Below, piece by piece: positions 47,062-59,868 of a DNA stretch of 64,000 nucleotides. The DNA is from Blepharisma stoltei ATCC 30299. Taxonomy: Eukaryota > Protista > Ciliophora. The DNA lies in the NCBI GenBank assembly GCA_965603825.1, contig CBFDEM010000004.1, positions 744,001 through 808,000 on the forward strand, in the 5' to 3' direction. Below the pieces are notes generated by a model. That model worked only from the letters and a program-made list of their open reading frames with translations, had not been told where the DNA came from and searched no databases. Every line of letters begins with the position of its first letter. Positions within the stretch are counted from its first letter, which is position 1. The position numbers and the translations under genes were made by a program.

Positions 47062-50000
47062 ATGGATCATTTGCAGAACTCTCTAGCAACATATTATGAA
47101 GAACCTTTGCTTCTTATCTCATATGATAACAACTCAAGAAAATTTCAATTGGAACAAAATGGGATTGATTTTTTGAAATCCTTGAATGAACCTATAGGGG
47201 TAATCTGTGTAGCAGGAATGTATCGCACTGGTAAATCATATTTACTTAACAGAGTGCTACTAAACCGTAAAAAAGGCTTCGGAGTCGGACCAACAGTAAA
47301 TCCCTGTACAAAAGGCTTATGGATTTGGGGATCTCCCATTTCTGGAATGACAAAAGATGGAAAGCCATGCAATGTAATAATTATCGATTCTGAAGGCATA
47401 GGAGCACTCGACGAAGACTCTAATCACGACACCCGCATTTTTTCACTGGCAATTTTATTGAGCTCTAATTTTATTTATAATTCTGTAGGTGCAATTGATG
47501 AAGATGCCATTCAAAATTTAAGCTTAGTCGTAAACTTAACCAAGCATATTCACATTAAAAGCTCACAATCAGACGAGCTTGACTGTGAAGACTACGCTGA
47601 ATATTTTCCTTCATTTTTATGGGTAGTCAGAGATTTCACCTTAAAATTAGTAGATTCTGAAGGCAAAAATCTAACACCTAAAGAATATTTAGAAAAAGCC
47701 TTGCAGCCCCAGAAAGGGTTTTCTGACACAATTGAAGAAAAAAATCGAATAAGAAAATTATTAGCGAATTTTTTTAAGGAAATTGACTGCTGCACACTTA
47801 TAAGGCCGATATCAAGAGAAGAAGATTTACAGAGACTTGATGATATGGATTTAAATCAGCTAAGGCCAGAATTTGTAGAACAGATGCTAGAAGTAAGGAG
47901 AAAAGTGCTAGGAAATATAAATGCGAAAGTTATGAATGGAAGAGAGCTGTCTGGAGAAATGATTGCGAGCTATTTGGAATCTTATGTAGAATCTATAAAT
48001 TCTGGGGTAGTTCCAAACCTCGAAGATGCGTGAAGCTATATCTGCCAAAATCAAAATAGAAAAATTTTTGAAGAATCCAAAGAAGTTTATCAAAAAACAT
48101 TAGAAAAATGTGCAGAAGAAATGTTTCCAGTTCCTTATGAAAAGTTAGTAGTATATCATAAGACGTCTAAGAATGCAGCATTTAAGTATTTCGAAAGCAG
48201 AAGTGTAGGGGAAGATAAATTGTGGTATTTAGAAGAGCTTGCGGCACATATAAAAGAAAAATTTGAAATCCTTAAAGATGAGAATCTAAGTGAGACGAAA
48301 ATTGAGTGCGCAAAATTTTTGGCTGAAAAATATATAGAGATTGACAAAAAAATCAAGCAAGGAGAAATTAATAAGCTTGTAGATTTTGAAAAAGCTTTAA
48401 GGAGTTTTGAAAATGATTTTGATAATTTTGGACCAAAAGGACCTAACAGCAAAGAGTATTTTTTGGAATTTGCAAGAGAAAAATTAAAAAAAGTCGCGGA
48501 TAATATGCTGAAACAAGCATTAAATGAAGTAGAATTACAGCATACAATATCCAGTGAACAAATAATAAGATTAGAGTCAGAATTAAAGCTCACAGAAGAA
48601 AAATTAATTTCTGAAAGAAATGACTCATTGAATAAAATTAATTTATTACAAGGAGAAAAATCAGAATATGCAGCGAAAGAAAAGTCATTAAAAGAGCAAG
48701 TATTGCATTTAATTGAAGAAAAAGATAAACTAGAAAACGAGCTAAGAGGCACTTTAGATAAATATAAAGCTAAATACCAAAAAGAGGTTGAGCTATCAAA
48801 TTCTAAAGTTTCTGAGCTGAATGACTATGTAAAAGAATTTGAAAGAGAAAATGCTATCAAAATCGCAGGCTTTGAAGAAGAAAAAGCTCTTTTGACACAA
48901 AAAATATCTTTTTTAGAGAATTCTCTTGAAGATTATAAACAGAGAGATAAAGTGTCTTCTGATAAAATAAAAGAAGTAAGAAACGACCATAACCAAGTAT
49001 TGAAACTAATGCAAAATAAATTTGACTCACAGATTTCGCAATTTCAAGAAAAATTGGATTTACAGATGAAGGAAATTGGTGAATTTGAAAATGAGATTGA
49101 AAATAAAGAGCAATTAATTGAAGATTTACAACAAAAATTACAAGAAAATCAAGCGCAAAATTTAAAAATAATAAAAGAGCTGCAAAATCAAAATGAAGCA
49201 TTAACCAAAGGATTAAAAGAAAAAGATGAGGAATTTAAAGAAAAATTAGCGGAGCAGCAGCAAGAAAATATTAAATCAACTGCTAGACTAAGAGCAAGAT
49301 TAGAAGAAACAGAAAAGAAGCTCAGAGGAAGTGAGGAGCTTTTAAGGAACGATATGTCTATTTGGGCACAAGATAATGCTATTTTAGTCCAAAAAATTGA
49401 ATTTTTGGAACAAGAAGTAGCAGAACACAAAAATAAAAGAGAAGAAGATAAAAAATATTATGAAAGCATGATTTCAGCATTAGAAATCAACAAAGTCAGC
49501 GAAAACAGCACAAACTTTGATGAAATCCACAATGAGCAATCTGAAAAAATATTAAAATTAACAAAAGAGAATGAATCATTAAGATCACAAATGAACTCAA
49601 AACTTGATGAATTGACAGACATTAATAATAAACTAGAATCAAAGTTAAAGCTAGAACGAAATGATTGGACCCATAAAGAAAATTTATATAAAGAGCAAAT
49701 CGAAGGGCTCACCTCAGAAAAATCAGATCTGCAATCTAAATTATCCAGAAAAAACACTCAGCCAGAATCTCATAAAAGAGTGAATTCTATTGAATACGAA
49801 AAAGAAATCGAGCATATAAAATCTTCTTATCACGATGAAATAGAGCTTCTCAAGTCTCAGCATGAAACCACACTTATGCAGCTTAAAGGGTTTTACGAAC
49901 AAGAAAAAAATCGGTTTGACCAAAGAATCCAGCAAGAAAAATCAAAAGCTGGACGTCATATAGAAGAAATTACTGATGACTATGAAAGGCAGCTTGAAAT

Positions 50001-51819
50001 TGAAGCCAGCAATCACGAAGAAGAAATCGCATCATTGCATAACGAATTTAGAGAAATGGAAACATTTTACACAGAAGAAATCACCAAATTAAATGAAAAA
50101 ATTGAATTAGATAACCAGAAAATAGAGAGTCTTGAAAAACATATTGCTAATTTAAAAACTCAGCTGAATTCTACATATGATTTTCACTCAAATGCTCTTG
50201 AATCTCATCAAGAAAGCTTTAATCAGCAGAGGCAAGGACTATTTGACAAATTGGAAACAATGGCTACTGATATTGCTGAAAAAGAAAAAAATTTAATATT
50301 ATTGAGGCACTCAAAAGAACAAATTGATAGGCAACTAAATGCAAAAACAAAGGATTTTGAAGAATTAAATGAAAAATATATAAGCGAAAAAAGCAGTTTG
50401 GTAGAACAACTTAATAAGATTAAAGGAGAAAAAGATGAGCTGATGCTGGAATTAGCAAAAGCGAATAGTAAAGCAAAAAGAGAGCTTGCACTGTCTGCAA
50501 ATGATATAGAAATGCTGCAGAAAAAACTATCAGAAACTGAAACGCAGCTGGAAGAAAGTGAATCTCGCTATAAAGAGTCTATAATGGCATTAAAAGATGA
50601 AGTGGGATCAAAAACAGATATTATAACGCAAAGGCTTTTTAAAGAAAATGAAGCACTTCAGCTGAAGTTATCAGATACTAAAAAAACTCTCAAGCAGCTA
50701 TCATCGTCTAATGCTAAGCAAAATGCTGAATTTGAAAAAGAAAAATCATCCTACGAAGAAAAAATAGGAGAATTAGGGAAAAAATATTCAGACTTAGAAA
50801 GGCAATATCAAGAGATCCAAGATAAATCTCCAGGAAAATCAAAATCTGAAGTGTCAACAAATAATAATAACGAACTTGAAAATCTAAAGGTTCAAATATC
50901 TAAACTTGACAGAGAGCTAAGCACAAGGCAGCTTTCGTATGACAGAGATAAAAGTCTTTGGGAAAATAAATTCAACTTTCTACTCCAGCAAAGAGATCAA
51001 GCCCGAAAAGAACTGGCATCAGCCCAAGAAAAATTCGACTCAATAGTCGAAGAAATTAAATCAAAATCCCTCTCAGAAAAAGAAAAAATTGAAGCCAAAA
51101 CAAACTCCATGATTTCTTCAATCGAAGCAAAATTCAGCTTACAAATATCAGAAATCCAAAGTAAAAACGATTTTCAGCAAAAAGAAATTAAAGATAAATA
51201 CCGGCAAAGTGAAAGAAAAATCCAAGAATTAATTGAAGAAATCGAAAAAGAAAAACAAAAAAAAGAATCAATTACTGCCTCATATGACAGAAAAATTTTA
51301 CAATCTCAAGAAGCAGTCAGAATACTAGAAAACGAAATTAAGCAAGAAAGAGAAACCAGCCAAGAAAGCCTTATGCAGCTAATGGACAAGTTTTCAAAAG
51401 AAAGAGACGAATGGAAAAATATAATCAACGAATATGAAAAAAAAATTAAGGATCTTGAAGCCCACAAGTCGCAGCAATTTATTTTACATGAAAAAGAAAG
51501 GGCGAAATGGGCTCTTGAAAAAGACTCAATAATGTCGAACCAGACTGAAGCACAGCATCAGTTGACACATGTGCTGAAGAGGCAGGATAGTTTAAAGAAA
51601 GAAAATGAAAAATTGAAAGCGCCTCGGCAAAGATTGATACCAAAAAAGTCTTCTGAAGTGTCATTGAGTACTAATATTTCATTTGAGGAGATGTCAAGAT
51701 ATAATCTTTATAGTGGAAAAACAACGCCGACAAAATTGAGTTCGGAAATTTCTCCAAAAGCGCAATTCAATTTTAAAAGCCCACAACAGAGATCTCGGAA
51801 TTCATCAAATAACTCATAA
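47062..51819 (+). CDS. Guanylate-binding protein (GBP/atlastin-family GTPase) with very long coiled coil (1585 aa)
   Basis: GMYRTGKS P-loop, PCTKGLWIW, DSEG, WVVRDF and PNLEDA[W]SYIC via TGA 48031. Confidence 0.93.
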
Positions 51820-52015
51820 ATTAATCATAACAAACCAGTCTTTATTAAATATTGGAAATTTATAAACTTCTGTTTTTGATAATAAATATAAATAATAAAA
51901 ATTATTTTTTCTTATGCAATAGCAGCAGAAGTATAGCTAATTTATTTTATTTTTTATTATTTTTCGCCTAATAGAGTTGAGTTTCTTATCAAATAAACTC
52001 TTATGGGTTATATTT

Positions 52016-52690
52016 ATGATGGAATCAAATATAAAATACATCGGAGTCGGTAGATCAGGAGAAGGTCTTATAATTGCTACCTATGCAAATGATAGAAATC
52101 TCAGAGATACTCCACGTAGTGAGCTGCAAGGAATTCTTATGAATGAGTCAGATGGCGATTGGCGGACAAGAGTAGGATCTGAGCATGGAACATGATTTGC
52201 TAAAGGAGACTCAAATAAAATCTGTTATCTTGTATTGGCACGCAATGGATATCCTGATCGTTATGCAACAGCTCTTCTTGACGAACTAGAGCGTCTGTTT
52301 ACAAATCAAGGAACTGACGTATTATTAACATGCCCAGCAGATGCATATACCAAAGTAATGGGAGGAGAAATGAGAAATCTTGCAATGAAATATGAAGATC
52401 TCCGCAATATTGATAAACTTTATACTGTAAATTCCCAAGTCTTAGAAGTACAGAATATTGCACAAGCAGGAATTCAACAAGTTTTACGAAATACTGAAGC
52501 TGCTGAAGTGGTGTCTGCAAAAGCTCAAAGTTTAGAAGGTAACGCAAGAGTATTTCAAAACGATTCAAAAAGATTAGAAAGAATGATGTATTGGAGAAAG
52601 GTGAAAATTAATTGCATTTTGATTTTTGTAGTGATTGCGATTATTCTTTATATCATAATACCAATCATAATCACCCAATCAAACAAGTAA
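52016..52690 (+). CDS. Longin R-SNARE (VAMP7-like)
   Basis: Longin N-domain across TGA 52193, synaptobrevin coil with zero-layer R (QVLRNTE) and a C-terminal TM anchor. Confidence 0.87.
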
Positions 52691-52775
52691 TTTTATTGGT
52701 AAATATAACAAGAATTATATGATAAATAGAATTTATTTTAAATTCTAGATAAATGGCTTGCATTTTTATAAAAAT

Positions 52776-53774
52776 ATGAAAAGCTCCAAAAGTAAGCCTG
52801 AGTTTGTGTTAGACTGTGCCTCAACGATGAGCAAAATGTCAGAATATAATGGATTAAGAGATGGAAATCTAGCTGGGTTCTTTGCTTCTAAAAAGCGCAG
52901 AAAACTGTTATGGAAGCATGGATTGATAACTAAAGGTGGGCTGATTGTCGATAAAACAAATTCATCTCAATTTTCAGAGACAAAAAGATCGAAACCTTAT
53001 CTTTCAAGTGCTGAACAAATCGGATCTGAAGAAAATGCTAAAACAAATAAAGTCCAGATGATGTCGCCAAAAGCTGTTACGATAGGAAAGAAAACCTTTG
53101 AGAAAAAAGAAGTAAAGCCTTTGAGCAGTGATGAATTAAAACAAATGCTTCAAAAATATAGAAAACCTTATGTAGCTCAAAGTCAAAATACGAGCTCTAC
53201 CGAAAGAATGCATGGGAATAATAATAAAATTGATCATATTGATTCCAGTGAAAAAAGTCCAGGCAAAGAAAATAAAAAAAAGGAACAAAAAAAGCCTGTT
53301 GCAGAAGAAAAAAAGAAAGAGGCTGCTGATAAAAAGCCAGCGGTTAAAGAAAATGAAGAGGAGCAGGTGAAAAAAGAGATAAAAGATAATAAAGAAGAGC
53401 AAATTAATAGGAAGCCAACAGTTAAAGAAGAGAAAGATGAGATAATTAGAAAGCAAACTATTGAAGAGAAAAAAGAAGAAATAGTTGAAGGAGGAAAAGC
53501 TCAGCAAGAAAGCAGAAAGCAGACTGTTCAAGGAAATAAAGATGAAGGAGTTGCTGCTGAAGAAGAAGTGAAAAATCAGGCAGGGAGTAAGAAACCTACA
53601 ATAAAAGAAAGCCAAGGAATCGAAGAGGGTAAAGAATTAATCGAAACACAAATATCGATGAAAGAAGAAAATAAAGATGGGTTAAATAAAAAACAAACAA
53701 TTAAAAAAGAAGAGCAAGGACCATCAGAAATTCAGGAAGAAATTCTTTCTAATGAAGGGGGAAGTGGAAGTTAA
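52776..53774 (+). CDS. Lys/Glu-rich protein with ERICH3-like N-terminal motif
   Basis: EYNGLRDGNLAGFF...RRKLL..GLITKGG resembles the ERICH3 N-terminus (from recall); low-complexity tail with RKxT repeats. Confidence 0.7.
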   Translation: MKSSKSKPEFVLDCASTMSKMSEYNGLRDGNLAGFFASKKRRKLLWKHGLITKGGLIVDKTNSSQFSETKRSKPYLSSAEQIGSEENAKTNKVQMMSPKAVTIGKKTFEKKEVKPLSSDELKQMLQKYRKPYVAQSQNTSSTERMHGNNNKIDHIDSSEKSPGKENKKKEQKKPVAEEKKKEAADKKPAVKENEEEQVKKEIKDNKEEQINRKPTVKEEKDEIIRKQTIEEKKEEIVEGGKAQQESRKQTVQGNKDEGVAAEEEVKNQAGSKKPTIKESQGIEEGKELIETQISMKEENKDGLNKKQTIKKEEQGPSEIQEEILSNEGGSGS

Positions 53775-54228
53775 ATTTCAAATAATTTAATAAACAAAGA
53801 ATTAACTCAAATAATTATTTTAAAAGCAGCTTGATTTTCTTGAAGAAATTAATTAAGCAATGGAATACTATTAATAGACTGGCATATGTCTAAATAAACT
53901 CAAGTAAAAAATATCACTAAACATTATATTATTAATTGGGCAAGCATAAAGCATATATAAAATTTTTAATCAATTATCTACTTGATTTAATATTCTTGAC
54001 TTTTCAACTATTTTTACCTAAAGAAAAATGATGATTTTTATAAATAATGATATTTTTAAAATTACCAAACATCAATATCAAGAATATGGCAGTTTTATAT
54101 CCATAATCTTTTTATTCGGATTTTATGCAAATCAAATGCCTAAATTGCAGGTCAGATTCTTAGTAAAGCTAAGCTTAGTATTTAATTAATCTCTTGCAAA
54201 TCTAAAATCCATGAAATAAAGAAATTTA

Positions 54229-55398
54229 ATGAATGAACTAAAAACTCAAAATTATTTACAAATCTCTAAAAAGGATCCCCAGCTGGTTTCTGATTTAAAG
54301 ACTACTCCCAAAACTGCATATTCCTCTTCAGAATCATTAACGGTACATTCTCGGTCTTCTACTCTAACATCAGAGTCTAATCCTTCACACATGGAAATAA
54401 CCTTATCAGAACAAAGCTTAAAAAAGAAAAATTCAACTCTTGAAGAGCTCGAATCTAAAATATTTAAGCTCTCTGAAATTGTTTCTTCGAAAGAAAAATT
54501 ACTAAAAACTAAGAGAGAAGCTCTCAAAAAGAAATTCGAGAAGAATCAAAGATTGAAATCCTTAATAAGAATTACTACAGATTCAATAGAAAATGAAAAA
54601 ATCAATACAAAAAGTTTAGGGAAAGAGCTAGTCTCCGAAATGAAAGCCAAGAATAAATTCGAATGAAATGAAAATGAAATGAGAAACTCTTTTTTAATTC
54701 AAATTTCAAATTTAGAAAAATACAAAGCGGAATTAAATGATAAAATCATTGAAATGCAAGGTAGTGTTAATAATTTAATTGGTGAAATTGATGACAGAAA
54801 GAAAGAAAGAAATTTTGTACAGATGCAGTTTCAAAAGCTGTTAGATTTAAGTGAATGTATTAAGATCAGTTTTGAGGTTGAGCAAAAAAACTCTGAAAAC
54901 GTATATTTATCAGCCAAGCAAAAAGAAATTCAATCGGATCTAGAAAATCTGCAAGCAAAAATATCTGCTTCAAAAAGCATGCTTTCTCAAGAAAAAACCA
55001 AATTAAAATCAATTTATGAGAGAAACAAATTGAAAATTCACAAAATAACTGATTTGCAAGCTAATTTAACTAAGCTAGAGTCCATAAATAATTCAAAAAA
55101 AGAAGCATTAGCTTGCAAAGAAATCAGCTTTATAAAGAAAGCTCATGACTTTGAAATTTTAGAAGGAATTCGAAATGTAAGAGTAGAAACAATAGCAATT
55201 GAAGAGCAGTCTATTGATAAAATGATAGAAGATCTTCAAAGCAAAATCAACCAAAAAACAATTGAAAAGAACATTGATCCCCAGGCAGATTTATTAAAAA
55301 TTTCCCAAAGGAAATTTATAACAAAAAAGCTTTCAGAATTAAAAGAAAAAGAAGAGAAAATTTCAAGACTTGAGAAAAAATGCAAAGAAATACTGTAA
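54229..55398 (+). CDS. Coiled-coil protein of unknown function (389 aa)
   Basis: Two in-frame ORFs joined by TGA 54664=Trp. Confidence 0.75.
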
Positions 55399-55424
55399 AT
55401 AAGTGAATAATTTATTATTAACAT

Positions 55425-57660
55425 TTAATTTTCATACCTATTCATGACTTGCTTGATCAAATCAAGCACCCTTGGATTCCCTCCTTTCTTTTTTACAGCT
55501 TCATATAAAGCTCTTCTTATTGTATTTGAGCTTTCTAAGACTCCTTCCCATTTAATTAGCCTGGTTTCCTGGCTGATTCTTTCAGCAATAATATCTAAAT
55601 TGCATGGTTTAAGCACCTCAGACTCCACTTCAGGGTCTTGCATTATCCACTTTCCCAAAGCTTCAATAACATTATCGTCATTTAAATATTTTACCATAAA
55701 CCCAAGCGATTTTGCTTGCCTTAATTTTCATCTACAAGCTTGTGAGGTGGCTGCAAACATACAGAACAAGTCAAGCGCGCTTTGTGAGTCATTTGATTCA
55801 TTTATTATTATTTTTTGTAGTTCAGGTATACAATTGGCTAGTGCAAGCTGCTCAACTCTTGCTGAGCTAGTTCCACATAAGTCAAGCATTGCTTCAATAG
55901 CTTCGTGGACTACTGGATTTGATTTGTTTAAATAGTAGACTAAGTCAACCATTATCCCTTCATTTTCAAGCTCGTTTGCATGTTTTTCTGCAAGTGCTCT
56001 TAATGATTTTATTATGAGTACTAAAATGTCATCAGGGGCTTTTCTCATTGAAAAAAGAAGCAAGTTTAATATTTCTTTACTACAAAGATGCTCAGCTTTT
56101 GGGCCTCTCGCAAAAGTTAATATTAATTCTGCAGTTTTCTGCAAATATTCTAAATCTTCATTAATAAGTGACGAAAAAGTCATAACAATCCTTTCTGCTG
56201 TTCCAAAACTACCCCAAATGCAGAGACTATCATAATTATGCCTTAAAGGCATCATACAGTCAATCGCAATGAAAATCAAATCTTTGTTGTTTTCAAAATC
56301 CGCATCCAGAAATAAAGGTAAAGCTTCCAATGCTCCAGCAGCCAAGCACATTTTTATTAAATCATCAAATTGGAATAGCTGCTTAAGTATATAAGCTATA
56401 CTGAGTCTAAATTCATGCTCATTCTCGTCACCGACATATTGTAGCAGTGAACATAAGAGCCCTGACGTGCAGATTTTTTCAAGAATTTCATGTGTCGATT
56501 CTGATGCTAGAGCAATGATTTTGAAGCACAAATTCAGCACACTTGAGTCTTCGCATTCCTCAATTATTTCTTTTAAATTTATAAAATAAGCTGGCAATGA
56601 CTCCTTAGTTTCTGGCTTTGCAATCGCGACTTGAACTAAAGTTTCTAATGAAGAAACCAGCCTATTTGAGTTTAAATCTAAATTTTCTAAGAAAAATGAC
56701 TGCTCACCAGCACTCACAAAAGAAAAACTGTGATTATTACTCACAACACCTCTTGGAGAATTTGCACTGCTAGTACCTATTCTGGTGGTTTTTGTAAGCT
56801 GAGTCCTAACTGAGTGTTCGCCAAGCTTAGGTGATAGCTCTAGCTCTGTTTCATTATTTTTGTCTTCTTCATCTTCTTCATAGCTTGTCCTTGCTTCGTG
56901 CCTTCTATGCCGATTTATAAAAGAATCTCTTAATTTTGTTAAAAATGGGTGCTCAAATACTTCTTCTGCAGTAATTCTTGTCTTATAATCTTCATCTAAT
57001 AGCTGAATAACGAGACTTCGAAAATTTTCATCAAGCCCTGCCCTTAAAAGTTCATTTTTATTTCCTTCTCTTCCTGTAGCAATTTCCAGCAATATGTAGC
57101 CTAGGCTTCACATATCAACTGAAAACTGCGACTCTTTCCTTTCCTTGATTTCTGGTGCTGATTTTTCATCAATTCTTTTCCCAAGTCCAAAATCAAAAAT
57201 CTTTAGCATTCCTTCTTCATTAAGCATGATTTTGTCACAGCCTAATTGGCCATGCACAACCCCTATGCCATGCAGATAATATAAAGTCTTTAAAATTTGC
57301 CTTGTGTATTTTTTCACGAAATTTTCAGAAAATGCTCCTTTTCATCTAATTGAATCTGATATCAAAATTCCTGAAGAATATTCATAGACTACGACAAATG
57401 ATGTAGAAGTATCAAAGAAATCTAAATACCTTAGAAGGTGCTTGTGGGAAGCTGCTTTAAGCAAACTAATTTTGTTTTGAAAAACTTGAAGCAAATCTGC
57501 AGTATATGTTTCATGCATCAGTAATTTGAGAGTGACGATTATCCCTTGCGGATTTTGAGCTTTGTAGATAGTTTCCTGTGTAGTTGTGGAGATAATTTCA
57601 AGAATTTTCTACATAACAATTTACGTAATCCCCAATCATATCTTGAACTGTGCTTGCCAT
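55425..57660 (-). CDS. Pseudokinase with C-terminal ARM-like repeats (Cdc15/Cdc7/MAP3K-epsilon-like architecture; ~739 aa)
   Basis: Kinase fold (YTRQIL..L.YLH, KIFDFG, DM[W]SLG, RITAEE..HPF) plus helical repeats; needs the 16-nt intron 57609-57624 and three TGA=Trp codons. Confidence 0.8.
57609..57624 (-). other. 16-nt intron
   Basis: GTAAATTGTTATGTAG; removal puts ATG 57660 in the kinase frame (IGDY|KILE); A six nt from the 3' end. Confidence 0.82.
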
Positions 57661-57703
57661 TAATAATTTTTCCTATTTAAAATTAATTTAATACATATAA
57701 AAA

Positions 57704-59260
57704 TTAGCGTTTATATCTATGGCGCTTGAAGTTGAAGTACAAATGCAAAATTCCTTTGTCGAAAAAGCTTTTAAAGCCATGCCTGTCTGAGAAATCCCAT
57801 TCTCTATTTATTATTCTAAATGCAATGTCTTCATATGGTGGGCCTGCATGAAACCTTAGTATTGCTGTGTCATTAGTTTCGTCTGGCTCTAAATAAAATT
57901 GAGGAGCTTGAGTTTTATCGATAAGACAAGGATAAAAAATATTAAATTTGTAGCCTTGAACTACCTTAGGTGGAGGATTTCTATGATCATAATGCGTTTG
58001 GTTGTGTCTAGTTCATTCATAGCCTGTTTTAATTCTATTGAAATATTTTGGCTTTCTAGGCCGATATTTATCATTCCAGTCTTCTAAAATTGGCTTTAAA
58101 TCTATGGTTTCTCCAAACTCTGACTCTCCATCTTCAAGCTTCATATTTTTCATCATATCAATTTTCATTAAATCTTCTATGGAATTCTCAATATTCCCAC
58201 TTACAACTTTTTCATGTCTTAATACATTATATAAAGCACTGTCAGAGCTAAGTAAAGGATTTTTCTTTGAGATTAGCCTTTTCTGTCTTTCTATTAAATC
58301 TTCAAGCTCTTTTAGCAGGATTTGTCGCCTTGAATTAGAGTAAGCTTTTTGCTCTTCATCAGGCGTAATTATCTTTATATTATCAAAACATGTTTCGTCT
58401 TGAAATAAAATCGGACTTTCGCTTCCATCATTTGTCCCATTCTGCAAAAATTCATCTTTCAATAATAGATCTCGCTTCTGGGATGGAGAAAATATTAATT
58501 CATTGGTATTTGTTTCTGGTTTTTCCATAAAATTCTGAAATGCTTTTTTTATTGATGATTTTGCTTTATATACACAAATATTGTCTTGAACCTCAGTCCA
58601 AAAAGTTTTGTCTACATCCTGCCTATTCATATTTTGCCTGACTTGTTCTTCTATTATTCCTAATTTTTTTTCATCTAGATTTTTGATAATTCTATCAATA
58701 TCGTCTTTAAATTGACTTGGGTTTTGGTTATTTTCGGTATTTTTAGCTCGTTTTATTTCATTATTGACAATATTTAGAAGAGAATTTCAAAATTCCTGCT
58801 TTTCTTTGTTGTCTTCAAGCTGAAAGTGGACATCAATTGATGCTTTTATTGCTTCTAATTCGCTATAATTGCAGTTATTTAGATATAAGTAAGGCTCACG
58901 AATTTCTGTCGGGATTGCTTGAGAGTGCTTTTCAAAAGGGATTTCTCCATGATAAATCATCAAAACTCTTAATAATAAATCAAATTTGGTTTCTCTTCCT
59001 TGCTCTATTCTTATTTGAGATCTGAGCTTTGCTTGATCTAAATGGAAACTTCTTTCGCTGTCTTTTCATTCTTTATCTTGAATTGATGAATTATTTGGGA
59101 TTTCACGTCTGGAATAGTCCATTTCAGAAAAAAAATCATTTTTCTTAGCGGCAGGCTTTCGCGAAATTTCGCTCTGTCTTGCATTCTCTAAAATATCTTT
59201 TCAATTGTTGTTTTTATGGATTTTTCTGGGAGGAGGAGAATGGCTTCTTGGCTTATCCAT
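57704..59260 (-). CDS. CACTIN: Cactin (spliceosome-associated factor; 518 aa)
   Basis: FHLDQAKLRSQIRIEQGR mid-domain; RKPKYFNRIKTGYE[W]...NPPPKVVQGYKFNIFYP...RFHAGPPYEDIAF...FNFKRHRYKR. Confidence 0.95.
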
Positions 59261-59868
59261 ATTATAATTCTTTTGAGGTGTCAGAATTTTAACTGAATAA
59301 TGATTATTGAAGATAATAATAATGTATTCAAAATATGTGTTTTGAAGCATTTTTAGTATTATAGATATTCTCTATAAATGCGTCTTAATTTATTTATTTG
59401 AAATAATTATAAAAATAATTTTTTTCTTTTATCTAATCATAAGTAGTTTTTGAAATATATAAAGAGAAGCGGTATGATTTGGGATGCATGATAAGGTAGC
59501 AGCATTTATCCTTATAAATAAAATTCCATTTTAAAAATCCATAATTAAAATAGATCTAAATTTATTCATATTTAATATATCAATTTGGTTTAGAATAAAT
59601 TCATCAACAACACATCATAATGCAATTTATCAAATACTAGACTAGGCTAATTATATAGTTTACTATCCTAGGCTTACCATATATAATATCCAACTATTTT
59701 CAATTGCTAAAACTAGTATATTAATTAAAATAAGCTTTCTATTTCAGCGACATCATAAGCTAGCCAAATTTCTTTGAAAAATTTATCAAATATTCCAAAT
59801 CGAACTATTATTTTTGGCAATTATATTAACTTAAAATTCAATTATAAATAATAAATAAAGCAAACTGT

